32,049 bases of DNA from a virus (Duplodnaviria > Caudoviricetes), in IMG/VR virus record IMGVR_UViG_3300006904_000017, positions 1-32,049 of that record; one strand, 5' to 3'. The position numbers and the translations under genes were made by a program. Positions 8,167-16,915 of the stretch are shown one piece after another (within the stretch, counting starts at the first letter, position 1; each line of letters starts with the position of its first letter). Under the pieces are notes generated by a model, which was given only the letters and a program-made list of their open reading frames with translations, was not told the origin of the DNA and ran no database searches.

Positions 8167-9159
8167 CTAGCCCTTATCCTCTTCGATAAGTTGCTCGGCC
8201 ATTTGAGTCCATTCGTTTTCCGAAGGCGGCGCTGCACCTTGCTGGGAACCATGAACTCCTGCCGGCCGCATGGGCTGGCGTGAGGGTTGCCTTACCGGTT
8301 GCCGAGGAACAGGACTGCCTCCCGGCTTCGGGTCAGGTTGGATCCCCAGGGCGGCGCAAACCGTCGCTCCGATCCGTTCGAGAGCGTCCTCCGGAGTGGC
8401 CTGCGGATTCATCTGGCGATACATCTGGCCTACTTCGAGCACCTGCTTCTCGTGATTCTTCAGCGACGGCCAACGATCGTAGAACGACTTCTTCGACTGC
8501 TCGTTTGCCGTCTGCACAGCGGTGTACTGCTGTAGCATCTGAGGAACCGCTTGAAACATGTACTGACGCATGCCGTTCTCGACCGCCTGATGAAGCTTGG
8601 CTGCCAATACAGGTAGAACGACCTCGGGCTCTGTAGCGAGCCTAGCGGCAAGGTCGTCGGGGAGCTTGTAGTACTCCTCGAGGTCCTTCGTGTACTTCGC
8701 TGCCGCTTCTTGTTGCTGACGTTCCCTTGCTTGCTGCTGCTCGGGCGTCTCTTGCTCCTTCTTCGCTGGAGGCTGCTCGCCTTCCTTTGGTTTCGGAGGC
8801 TGGCCTTCGCCAGGCTTGGGCTGCTCACCCTCACCGGGTTTGGCCTCTGCTGCAGCTGGCTTCGCCGCCGGCTTGGCCGCGGGTTTCGCTGCAGGTTTCG
8901 GCGCAGGTGGTTGCTCACCCTCCTGCGGCACTTCATCTTCGGCACCTTCCTCGGCTAAAGCTGACCAGTCTTCACCATGCTCTTCAGTTGAAGACTCGAG
9001 GTTTTCCTCGTGCCCGTCGTGACGCTCGGTCGGGACTTCGCTTCCCGCCGGCAGTCGAGCTTCACCGTCGCTTGCTGGCCCGCTATTCCCCGAAGGGGTC
9101 CCCGCCGATCCTTGACTCTCTGCCGGACTCTCGAGCGGCCATCTCAGACTCCACGTCAT
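8167..9159 (-). CDS. Capsid scaffolding protein
   Basis: Acidic, Pro-rich low-complexity N-half with (PAAK)n repeats and a helical C-half. Directly upstream of the capsid gene. ATG 9159 has a GGAG RBS. Confidence 0.8.
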   Translation of the reverse strand: MTWSLRWPLESPAESQGSAGTPSGNSGPASDGEARLPAGSEVPTERHDGHEENLESSTEEHGEDWSALAEEGAEDEVPQEGEQPPAPKPAAKPAAKPAAKPAAAEAKPGEGEQPKPGEGQPPKPKEGEQPPAKKEQETPEQQQARERQQQEAAAKYTKDLEEYYKLPDDLAARLATEPEVVLPVLAAKLHQAVENGMRQYMFQAVPQMLQQYTAVQTANEQSKKSFYDRWPSLKNHEKQVLEVGQMYRQMNPQATPEDALERIGATVCAALGIQPDPKPGGSPVPRQPVRQPSRQPMRPAGVHGSQQGAAPPSENEWTQMAEQLIEEDKG

Positions 9160-9463
9160 CTTCAATCTCCAATTCCTTGACTAAGGTTTTACGTCTAAGG
9201 TCCACAAGCTCGTACTGAGATTGCGGTATTGCAAGGGCCATTCCAATCCCAGAGAATTCGCCCTTGTAGTACTCTTGAGCATAGACAGTATTCTCACTCG
9301 AGATAGGAGTGAGACACACTGTCTGCTGCCGCAAGTTCATCTGCTCGCGCAGAATTCGGTTGTACAGCTCCCATCCTGGATGCTCCATGAAGCTTTTCCA
9401 GGTGGTCGCCAGGCTGGCCATTTCGGACAGTTGGCCCTCGAGCTCTTCGCGCTTTTCGCTCAT
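9083..9463 (-). CDS. Small helical protein between portal and scaffold
   Basis: 126 aa, MSEKREELE...HPGWELY...YYKGEFSGI. ATGA overlap with the portal stop. Its 3' end overlaps the scaffold gene by 77 nt. Confidence 0.75.
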   Translation of the reverse strand: MSEKREELEGQLSEMASLATTWKSFMEHPGWELYNRILREQMNLRQQTVCLTPISSENTVYAQEYYKGEFSGIGMALAIPQSQYELVDLRRKTLVKELEIEDDVESEMAARESGRESRIGGDPFGE

Positions 9464-11463
9464 CCTGTCGGCCCCAGGTTGGGAATCTGCCTCGGCTCTT
9501 GCGGATTGCCTTTGGGCTTCGCGCGAGAGATCGGAATGGGAGGATTGGGCGAGCCAGTGATGTCTTGATTCGCCTGGCTCATCGGCACCAGGTTGCCGGC
9601 CTGCATCTGCCTGCGGATCATATCGTCTTGTGTCAACTTGAACTGAGCGAGGTTCTTGATCCCACCCAATTGAGCAACCCATGCGAAGATCTTGGCCACG
9701 TCATACTCCATCATGATCTCAGGAAAGTTTCTCATCTGCCCGAGAATCATCTGCCACAGATTCGCCTGAGCGAACCGGTCGATAGGAAGCTCGCCGTCGA
9801 CTGGATCCCAATCGTAGAACCCGGCAATCAGTTCCGGCGTCACGTCCAGGAACGACGTGCTAAACTGCGACTGATCTCCTACCAGCCGCATCTTCTTGGC
9901 CTGATCATAGCGCTGTTGGGTGCGCTGGAGCAGTTTCATGCTCAATGGATTGAATCCAGTCGTCGAATACCACTCGCACTGAGTTTTCAGCCTTGAAGTG
10001 CCAAAGTGCGTAGACGTCCGCGTCTGAGTGGCCGTCGTCCTGTTGCTTCCGGCCGGCTGCACACCCATCAACGAGTCGTTTGCTGGTACCATCCGCTGAA
10101 CCATATCCATCACTAGCTGCAAATCTGCGACGTGTCCGCGAGTAACGTCCATGGTTTGCAGCTGAGACAGCGCCATCCTGACGTCTTTCCCATAGGCAGT
10201 GGGCTTCAGCCGGATGATCTTGCCCGGCTCAGGATTCTCCACATCCTTCATCACCACCATCGAGGGATCGACGATGAACTGGTTGTTGAGGGTTTGCCTA
10301 ACGTTGTAGAAGTGGCTGTTGATCAGCCAGGTCATCACATCGTTGAGCGGCTTGCATCGTTCCAGCGTGCTGCGAGGGAAGATGCTATACCCGTCGATCT
10401 CGTCGGTCAGGAGGTCGAACGGGAACTTGGCCGAATAGTCTTCAACTGGTCCAGCTCCGAAGAGGACACCATTCGTGCTGATATCAAAGAACCAGATCTC
10501 CTGGTCCCCTTCGTCCCCAAGCCCCCAGTCCGATGGCGAGAGCTTGAGGTAGAACTCGTGGCCTTTGATGAAGCCGACTGGAATATCGAGCCCTTCGGCA
10601 ACTCCCGCTGAACCTGGCAACGTAGTGACGGCCGAACTTCCTTCATCTCTTGAAGGTTGACCAGAGCTCTGGAAATGGTCTCGATCGCTGCGCTGCTTCC
10701 GCAGGACGTCGTAATTGAAATAGCGATAGTTACCCGATTTCTCCCGACTCCCGACGAAGATTTCATTCCAGGGGACTTCGACGTAGCGGCCACAAAATTC
10801 ACCTCGTTGAAAATGAACCAGAGCCACTCGTGGATCAGGGAACCAATCCTGTGGCCTGACGTTGTATAGCCTGTTTCCTTCATACCCAGGCACATCCTCC
10901 ACCACGGCTGTCTTCACCGGAGTGGCTCCTGCAATCGGCTGCCCGAAGAACTCAGGCGCTTGCTCGATGATCCTGCGTACCCGAAGAGTCTCCACGTCCC
11001 AGTAGTGGCCGACGACGGAGTAGCCGTACTTCCCTGGATCCAGCAACCAGACGAACAACGGCAGCACGTTGGCGCCGACTACCATCTGGTAGTTCATCAG
11101 GGTTTCTACCGCAGCGACGTTCTGCTCGCCCTCTCCGTGTCTTCCGGTGTACTGGAATATCGGATTCCGAGCGAGGAACACCGAGCTGTAATACGTATGA
11201 CTCGTCATCAACACCGAGTATGCATATGGCAACTCGATCGTGCGATATTCAGGAATGCCAGCCTGTTCCCTGTTCAACCGTCGCAGGCGATCTACTTCCC
11301 GCTCGGGAATGTACGCCTGGAACAGCTCCTCCCCCTGAGCCATCGCGCGATAGCGGTCGGAGAACCGCCGCTCGGACAGCTTGAGCCGCTCCTGTATCGC
11401 CCTGACCAGCCGCTTGTGCAGAGGGGAGTTGAAAGCCAGCTTCTTGGCGATCTCCGGGGTCAC
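9460..11463 (-). CDS. Portal protein (P22-like)
   Basis: 667 aa with WFPDP, NNQFIVDP...PGKIIR and TTATQ. Lies between terminase and scaffold. Confidence 0.88.
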   Translation of the reverse strand: MTPEIAKKLAFNSPLHKRLVRAIQERLKLSERRFSDRYRAMAQGEELFQAYIPEREVDRLRRLNREQAGIPEYRTIELPYAYSVLMTSHTYYSSVFLARNPIFQYTGRHGEGEQNVAAVETLMNYQMVVGANVLPLFVWLLDPGKYGYSVVGHYWDVETLRVRRIIEQAPEFFGQPIAGATPVKTAVVEDVPGYEGNRLYNVRPQDWFPDPRVALVHFQRGEFCGRYVEVPWNEIFVGSREKSGNYRYFNYDVLRKQRSDRDHFQSSGQPSRDEGSSAVTTLPGSAGVAEGLDIPVGFIKGHEFYLKLSPSDWGLGDEGDQEIWFFDISTNGVLFGAGPVEDYSAKFPFDLLTDEIDGYSIFPRSTLERCKPLNDVMTWLINSHFYNVRQTLNNQFIVDPSMVVMKDVENPEPGKIIRLKPTAYGKDVRMALSQLQTMDVTRGHVADLQLVMDMVQRMVPANDSLMGVQPAGSNRTTATQTRTSTHFGTSRLKTQCEWYSTTGFNPLSMKLLQRTQQRYDQAKKMRLVGDQSQFSTSFLDVTPELIAGFYDWDPVDGELPIDRFAQANLWQMILGQMRNFPEIMMEYDVAKIFAWVAQLGGIKNLAQFKLTQDDMIRRQMQAGNLVPMSQANQDITGSPNPPIPISRAKPKGNPQEPRQIPNLGPTG

Positions 11464-12965
11464 GGAGCTCCTCCCACCATCAGCGGCTTGTACTCATCCT
11501 CGTTCTCCAATCCCGGGCCTGCAACATCCCCACTGCCTTCCATTGCTGCCAGGAGAACTGGATTCTCCGCTATGATCGCGTTTGCCAGCATGGTGAGAAT
11601 GTCGTCCTTGATCTTTTTGACCTGAGGATCGTAGTCGTCAGCTTGACTTACGAAGGTAGTGTGATGTGGCCTGACATGCAGGTGCCCGAACGCCAACAGG
11701 CCAGGAAGCGTCTGCATGATCCGGTCAGCGTTCGATCTGTTCCTGGTCGTGAATTCGTAGACAGGAAAGAACAGACGACGTCGAATCATCTCCTGCCTCG
11801 AATACCAGGCCATGATCTTCTGAAAGCTCACCGTCTCCACTACCCACCGATACGCCTTGTACAGCATGGTGAGCTGGAACCCGGTATTCACTGCCGAGTC
11901 AGGCATGGTTGCCTTCTCAGACGCATAGTCCAGCAGATACACGTCCATGCCCTTAAACCCGACCGCCCCGACTGCGAATTCGTCAGCATCCTTGTTATCG
12001 CTCGACGCCGGGTCGAAGGAAACCACCACCCTGAGTCCTTCCGGCATGACCTCGAAGTAGTTAAGCAGCTCGATATTGAGCGCCTTCTCCTCGCCCGACA
12101 CCAGCTTGCATTCCTTCTCCCTCATCCAAAGCCGATACTGAGAACGACGAATGTGAGCTTCCTTCGCCTTCAGTATCTGCTCTGTAGGATACCGCTTCTC
12201 CCACCTGCTCCTATTCCCCTCGTCGAGAATGCCGAACCTGATTGGATTCCACTCAGGATCGTTCATGCACTTCTCGATTGCGTCCTCCTTGTTGAACGGG
12301 GTCTGCAGGAATACCGCCTTAGCGAGAGGACTCTCCGAAGCTGGCGCAAGAGAGTTAAGGATGGCACCGAATATGAGGTTCTCGATCTTCTTCCTCTGCT
12401 CCGGTGTTGCTGTATTCTCTTCGTCAAGCACATCGTCAATGATAATCAGGTCTGGCCTGAAGTCGTCTGGGTTGAATCCTCGGATCTGCCCGGTGATCCC
12501 CATAGCAAGCACTGTGATGACAACTGGGCTGCCGTCCTCATTGACCGGCATGTTCCTGTGTATGATCTCACAGTGTTCGTCGGACCACTTCTCTCCCTTC
12601 TCCAGTCCGAAGGTTTGGGTCCACTTTCGGTTGTACTGTATCTGACGTCGCAGCCAGCGTACTGACATCTTAGCGTGCGGCTGGGACACCGAGACGTACA
12701 TGATCGTTCGGCTGAGGCCATAGCTAATACGTTGGGCCTTGTACACTCGCAGGAGCGTAGTCTTCGCTCCGTCACGGAAAACCTCAAAGGCGTTATAGCG
12801 CGCAGGCGAATACAGCCCCGCACCAATCACCTCGTGGAAGGCAGGACTCTCCTGCCTAAAGGTACGCGGAAAGAAAAGGCGACCGTACGCAGTTAGACTT
12901 ACCGCCCCTGCATCGGCCGCCTCTTGCGGGGTTAGCGCCCGCTCAGGATTTGCTGGTTGTTCCAC
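11460..12965 (-). CDS. terL: Terminase large subunit
   Basis: Walker A variant FRDGAKTT, GQIRG, Walker B RPDLIIIDD, RNase H-like VSFDPAS, VVETVSFQ and KDDIL. Confidence 0.92.
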   Translation of the reverse strand: MEQPANPERALTPQEAADAGAVSLTAYGRLFFPRTFRQESPAFHEVIGAGLYSPARYNAFEVFRDGAKTTLLRVYKAQRISYGLSRTIMYVSVSQPHAKMSVRWLRRQIQYNRKWTQTFGLEKGEKWSDEHCEIIHRNMPVNEDGSPVVITVLAMGITGQIRGFNPDDFRPDLIIIDDVLDEENTATPEQRKKIENLIFGAILNSLAPASESPLAKAVFLQTPFNKEDAIEKCMNDPEWNPIRFGILDEGNRSRWEKRYPTEQILKAKEAHIRRSQYRLWMREKECKLVSGEEKALNIELLNYFEVMPEGLRVVVSFDPASSDNKDADEFAVGAVGFKGMDVYLLDYASEKATMPDSAVNTGFQLTMLYKAYRWVVETVSFQKIMAWYSRQEMIRRRLFFPVYEFTTRNRSNADRIMQTLPGLLAFGHLHVRPHHTTFVSQADDYDPQVKKIKDDILTMLANAIIAENPVLLAAMEGSGDVAGPGLENEDEYKPLMVGGAP

Positions 12966-13665
12966 CGCCCTGCGGCGTCACTGGCCCTGCGTTGTTCGGC
13001 CGAGGTGCGGGCGCCGGCCCGGCCTTGGAAGTCACACCACCCTGACCGCTCCGCTCGGCTGTATTCGAGCTCACGCCACGAACATCGCCTGCGTGCATCG
13101 GATTGCCTCCGCCGCCTTGGCCTCCGCCCTTGACCAGGTCGTTGGAACGCTGGGCCTTGACCTGCGGAGGCGTGCCGAAGTACTCCTGCTCTTCTTTCGG
13201 GCTCAGCGGTCGGATGAGTACTCCCGCTTCGGGCATGACCACTGTGGCACCACCAGAGACGAATTGCTTCTCGACTCCGCTGTCGCCCTGCGGCTCGACC
13301 ACGAATACTCCCTCGCCGCTGAAGCCGATGTTCCGCCCCAGCACTCCGGAGCCGTCGGCTCGCAGCCCGCGCTTCTTGAACTCGGCCGCATCTCGGCGGC
13401 GCAGCTCGGAATTCTTCACCTGGGTGAGCTCGGCGTGAGCTCGGTTCGGCGCCGCGACTGGGCGAACGTCATTGCCCTCGACCGAGGCCTCGCTGCCGAC
13501 TGGCACTCCGATGGGGTTTTCTCCTGGGCCGACCATGATCTCTTCGGGTTTGGCGTGTCTGGGGGGCGGAACGGTTGCGATATCCGCGCCCTGCCTCATG
13601 ATCGCCTGATCCCTTGCAGCAGTCGTACCCTGCTGCGGTGGCCGTTGCTGTGTTGCGTCTGCCAT
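12943..13665 (-). CDS. Hypothetical low-complexity protein
   Basis: 240 aa, G/P/Q-rich, with AAAGGAG RBS and biased codons. Confidence 0.75.
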   Translation of the reverse strand: MADATQQRPPQQGTTAARDQAIMRQGADIATVPPPRHAKPEEIMVGPGENPIGVPVGSEASVEGNDVRPVAAPNRAHAELTQVKNSELRRRDAAEFKKRGLRADGSGVLGRNIGFSGEGVFVVEPQGDSGVEKQFVSGGATVVMPEAGVLIRPLSPKEEQEYFGTPPQVKAQRSNDLVKGGGQGGGGNPMHAGDVRGVSSNTAERSGQGGVTSKAGPAPAPRPNNAGPVTPQGGGTTSKS

Positions 13666-13678
13666 GATGCTCCTTTCG

Positions 13679-13852
13679 TTAAAGTACCGCTATGGGTCGC
13701 TGCCTAGCTTCCTTCTGCTCCTTCAGGAACTTCACCGCCTCCTTGTCGAACCACATCTCGACTTCGTGGCGAGGAAGAACTAGAAGTCCCGCTGCTGGTC
13801 CCGGCCTTAATCCGGCACCCACCAGTCTCTTGACCAATACCTTGGCCGCCAT
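13679..13852 (-). CDS. Small hypothetical protein overlapping the nuclease tail
   Basis: MAAKVLVKRL...EMWFDKEAVKFLKEQKEARQ with coding-like codons and AGGA upstream. True start uncertain; the frame is open to 14110. Confidence 0.45.
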   Translation of the reverse strand: MAAKVLVKRLVGAGLRPGPAAGLLVLPRHEVEMWFDKEAVKFLKEQKEARQRPIAVL

Positions 13853-14414
13853 GATATCCTGCTTGGGAAACGAGACCTCGATCTCGTCTCTTGGGGTTAA
13901 AGATACAGACCGCGACCTGGTTGCTCTTAGGAATGCGTAAGGGCGAGTCTGTGAACGAATACGCCTGAGGAAATACCACTGCCGGATCGTGCCAGTGGCA
14001 GATCTCCATAAGGCCGATAACGTATCCAGGAAAGAGCTTTTGGACGACTGGGTAGTAGAGCTCTCGGAGTTGGAACCAGGCGTCGAGACAATGCTGGTAT
14101 TTGATTTCATAGACTATGCAGACCTTGTGCTGATGATTGGCCATGAGAGCATCGATCTGGCAAACACGCTTGCCGTTCCGATCCCAGAACTCGATCCATG
14201 GTCCCTCACGGTATTCGACCTGGTGCATGCCCAGCGCCACAAGCGCCAGATGTTCATGCGTCTGACGCTCGTAGCGGATACCGACAGCGAACCGGCCAGT
14301 AGACCTACCGCGCTTGATCCAGGGTGGTTTGCCGCCAAGGAACTTTGCACTCCTGACGTCAACCGCTGGCCGGAACCTTCTCGCTAACGGGGCTGAGCTC
14401 TGATCCCTCGTCAT
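13704..14414 (-). CDS. PD-(D/E)XK family nuclease (resolvase/restriction-endonuclease-like)
   Basis: GIRYE, CQIDAL, VYEIKY, AWFQLRELY form the E...D...ExK...QxxxY pattern. Start uncertain. Confidence 0.7.
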   Translation of the reverse strand: MTRDQSSAPLARRFRPAVDVRSAKFLGGKPPWIKRGRSTGRFAVGIRYERQTHEHLALVALGMHQVEYREGPWIEFWDRNGKRVCQIDALMANHQHKVCIVYEIKYQHCLDAWFQLRELYYPVVQKLFPGYVIGLMEICHWHDPAVVFPQAYSFTDSPLRIPKSNQVAVCIFNPKRRDRGLVSQAGYHGGQGIGQETGGCRIKAGTSSGTSSSSSPRSRDVVRQGGGEVPEGAEGS

Positions 14415-14919
14415 CTCCTTGTGGGTTGTGCTCCAGCGCTGGGGCTGGGGCAGGGTTTGAGTGAGCGTTTACCAGTTTCTCCTGGACCTTACGGAACTGA
14501 TCTTGGTTCAGGTAGAACACGTTCTGTTGCTGAATGACGCCGCCCTGGTTGACCGCGTTCCTCGCGTTCGGAGCGTAGCCGTAGCGATGCATCACCTTGT
14601 CGAACGAGTCGACTATGAGCTCGGGATCCCCTGTCTTGTTTAGGGTCTCCTCCATGCGGTCCATAGCGAGATGCGCGAGCGCAGCCATCCGAGCCGGCAC
14701 GTCCTGAGTGACCACAGCCTGGACCTCCTTCATCCGGCCGGCCATGTACGCCTTGAACATGTCCGAGTTGATGACCTGGCACAGCCACGACGGGCTGTAC
14801 TCGAAGAAGGCGCTCATCTCGTGGAGGGTCGCCTGCGGCCGCTGCAGGATGTACTCCGCCAGCAGCTCGTGAACGGGCTTGAGACCGTTCTTCAGGATTC
14901 GGGTTTGCGCAGTTTCCAT
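14359..14919 (-). CDS. Putative terminase small subunit (HTH)
   Basis: HTH-like TLHEMSAFFEYSPSWLCQVINSDMF followed by a helical segment. First gene of the late arm. Confidence 0.6.
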   Translation of the reverse strand: METAQTRILKNGLKPVHELLAEYILQRPQATLHEMSAFFEYSPSWLCQVINSDMFKAYMAGRMKEVQAVVTQDVPARMAALAHLAMDRMEETLNKTGDPELIVDSFDKVMHRYGYAPNARNAVNQGGVIQQQNVFYLNQDQFRKVQEKLVNAHSNPAPAPALEHNPQGDDEGSELSPVSEKVPASG

Positions 14920-14937
14920 ACCATGCCTCTATCCTGC

Positions 14938-14966
14938 ACCGTACACTAACAGGCGGCGGGTGTCAA
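14938..14966 (-). promoter_or_regulatory. Sigma70-type promoter for the late arm
   Basis: TTGACA-17 nt-TACGGT on the minus strand, just upstream of 14919. Confidence 0.6.
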
Positions 14967-15042
14967 GGGGGACGCGGGGAAATTTCCGCCGGAAGGTTGG
15001 TCTGGATCTTAAACCCGAGATGGAGGCGCCCACTGGGGATTC

Positions 15043-15075
15043 ATGTGCGGGTTAATCGTGCGTTAATATGCTCAT
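15043..15075. promoter_or_regulatory. 33-bp quasi-palindrome, copy 2
   Basis: ATGTGC-GG-GTTAA-TCGTGCG-TTAAT-AT-GCTCAT, between the divergent promoters. Confidence 0.7.
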
Positions 15076-15151
15076 TATCTTCCCAACTGATTATGCGGAG
15101 CGAGTGGGTTATCGATTCGGCAAGCCGACCGCGATTGGGGTGAGGTGGGGA

Positions 15152-15164
15152 TAAGTAGTTGATT
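15152..15164 (-). promoter_or_regulatory. IHF-binding site
   Basis: Minus strand AATCAACTACTTA is an exact match to WATCAANNNNTTR. Confidence 0.55.
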
Positions 15165-15182
15165 CTAAAGAGGAAATAGGTG

Positions 15183-15211
15183 TTGACAAGGAACCTAAAT
15201 AAGAGCATCAT
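15183..15211 (+). promoter_or_regulatory. Sigma70-type early promoter
   Basis: TTGACA-17 nt-CATCAT in an AT-rich context. Confidence 0.65.
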
Positions 15212-15257
15212 ATCTTTACCGTATCAATCAAGGTACGGATAACAGATGAGGTTTCAA

Positions 15258-15779
15258 ATGGCAAAAGAAGCGAGAGTGTCGTTCGCAGGCGACGTCGGTC
15301 CCGAGCGCGTGATGACGGTCAAGTATCCCGCGATTGGGAAGGAATTGCAAGTCCCTGTCGGCCAGCTGTCGCAGTATCAGGACGTTGGCGACTACACGGC
15401 GGAATGCCTCGACCACGGGTGGAAGCAGCGATTCGGCGACTTCCGGGCGCTCGACAAGGATATGACGGACGCCGAGAAGGATCGCGCGGCTTACGAACGG
15501 GCAAGCGCGTACGTCGATCACCTGTCGGCCGGCGGCGACTGGAAGATGACGCCCGAGCGTGACAACACCGGCGAGGTGCTGGACGCAATGGCAAGGATGG
15601 GCCATAAGCGAGACATGCTGGAAAAGGCCCTCGCGTTCAAGCCGGAGCAGATCAAGACGTGGAGGGCGGACGCCAAGGTCAAGGCGATGATTGCCAAGAT
15701 CCGGAGCGAGAAAGCCGCCAAGCTCGCCAAGGAGTCCGACAGCGAGATCGAGATCGAAGTCCCTGAGGAAACCGAGTAA
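15258..15779 (+). CDS. Early protein, paralogue A
   Basis: 173 aa from ATG 15258 (GAGGT RBS). Contains HGWKQRFGD, LSAGGDW, WRADAKVKAMIAKIRSEKAAK. Paralogous to 17505..18137. Confidence 0.85.
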   Translation: MAKEARVSFAGDVGPERVMTVKYPAIGKELQVPVGQLSQYQDVGDYTAECLDHGWKQRFGDFRALDKDMTDAEKDRAAYERASAYVDHLSAGGDWKMTPERDNTGEVLDAMARMGHKRDMLEKALAFKPEQIKTWRADAKVKAMIAKIRSEKAAKLAKESDSEIEIEVPEETE

Positions 15780-15787
15780 CCAAGGAT

Positions 15788-15822
15788 GGGAGGGGAAACC
15801 CTCCCGGTCCCCTTTCCTTTTA
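15788..15822 (+). terminator. Intrinsic terminator
   Basis: GGGAGGG-GAAA-CCCTCCC hairpin followed by a pyrimidine tract (CCTTTCCTTTT). Confidence 0.6.
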
Positions 15823-15865
15823 TCGTCCCCTCTCCCCATTGCGCTTGTGCGCCCGCACAGTGCGC

Positions 15866-15895
15866 TTGACAACTGACGGGTTTCGCGTGTACAGT
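15866..15895 (+). promoter_or_regulatory. Sigma70-type promoter
   Basis: TTGACA-18 nt-TACAGT, preceded by the inverted repeat GCGCTTGTGC-GCCC-GCACAGTGCGC. Confidence 0.6.
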
Positions 15896-15908
15896 TATAC
15901 ACGTAAAC

Positions 15909-16100
15909 CTGTGAATCTGTGCGACTACACGAGCGTATGGTTTACCCGCCCTGAGGCACATGCCACACGCCTCGGAATGGTTTCGCCTTGGCCTCTTCTC
16001 CTTTGTTTTTTTCTTTTTTTTTTTATAGAGATACAAGAGGAGCCAAGTCGAGGAATAACCCCTTTGAACGCACAGTCGCACAGTTTCACAGTCGAACAGA
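15909..16100. repeat. Inverted/tandem repeat element around poly-T core (candidate origin or structured leader)
   Basis: 15909-15926 is complementary to 16074-16091 at 17/18 positions. 8-mer tandem CGCACAGT-like units at 16069-16100. 21 of 23 nt are T at 16002-16024. Confidence 0.7.
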
Positions 16101-16118
16101 CCACAAGGAGACTGACAG

Positions 16119-16736
16119 ATGGGACGCAAGGTGAATCCAAATAGCAAGCGAAGTAAGTTGTTGCGCTCGAGGGAGAATCCAGACAGGAGTACACCGCAGT
16201 GGATTATTGACACGCTGAAGACGTACGCCGAGGGAAAGATTCCGCCAGCGATAACTATGCCCACAGGTGGGACGGCCACCAACCAGCGGCAGAGGTTTTA
16301 CACTGCAAGGCAAATCCTCTCGCTTGATCCAGGGCCGTTTCAACACATGGCTATGAACGCTATAGGCCTCATATTGCAGGTGCGATGCACAGCCTGTAAC
16401 AAGGATCCACGCTGGTGTCCACACGGCAAGGAGGAGCCAGTAGCACCTGCGCAAATACAGTTTCTTGGGCTACCACCTGAGCTCATGCAAGGCACGCATA
16501 CGCACGAGCAGGCGCAAACCGTGACCTTGCCCGAAGTCGACACTGAAGGGCTACCAACCAGCCAGTTCATCGAGAAGCAAGGCAAGCCCTCATATGACGC
16601 AGCGGAGGAGTGGGTAAAGCAATACATATCCCAGCCTGCGCCAGCAGACAAGGGTGCACCTGCCGCATGTGCTCACGAGGCAAACGAGTACGACGTATGC
16701 ATACTGTGCGGGAAGCCTAAGGAGGAGTGGCAATGA
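16119..16736 (+). CDS. Hypothetical protein with Cys/His (Zn-binding) motifs
   Basis: AAGGAG RBS. CTAC...CPH and C-terminal CAH...CILC. Confidence 0.75.
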   Translation: MGRKVNPNSKRSKLLRSRENPDRSTPQWIIDTLKTYAEGKIPPAITMPTGGTATNQRQRFYTARQILSLDPGPFQHMAMNAIGLILQVRCTACNKDPRWCPHGKEEPVAPAQIQFLGLPPELMQGTHTHEQAQTVTLPEVDTEGLPTSQFIEKQGKPSYDAAEEWVKQYISQPAPADKGAPAACAHEANEYDVCILCGKPKEEWQ

Positions 16737-16915
16737 CCAGGGAAATGTACTACGCACTGATGTGCGCGCTACTCGGGCTCACGGCCAAGCGGCGCAAAGC
16801 GCAGATCGCAACAAGGTGCAGGTTTAACGGCTACACTGGCATATGCAGCAAGTGCGGGCGCCAAGCAAACCTGATCAAACACGAGGAGACACAGCCATGC
16901 CCAGGCAAACAATAG
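16733..16915 (+). CDS. Small Cys-rich protein
   Basis: ATGA coupling, AGGAG RBS, CRF...CSKCG...CP. Confidence 0.65.
   Translation: MTREMYYALMCALLGLTAKRRKAQIATRCRFNGYTGICSKCGRQANLIKHEETQPCPGKQ

Noticed and set aside
6907-8283. 458-aa plus-strand ORF, and similar long antisense ORFs (11643-12665, 26605-27627, 30607-31533, 23153-24097)
   Set aside because: Shadow ORFs opposite codon-biased real genes, with no RBS or recognisable motifs.
8790-8910. Short tandem DNA repeats in the scaffold gene
   Set aside because: Explained by coding PAAK and KPGEG.Q peptide repeats in a disordered linker.
15518-16282. 254-aa minus-strand ORF with a poly-Lys run
   Set aside because: The poly-K is just the reverse of the non-coding T-tract, and the ORF is antisense to real genes and promoters.
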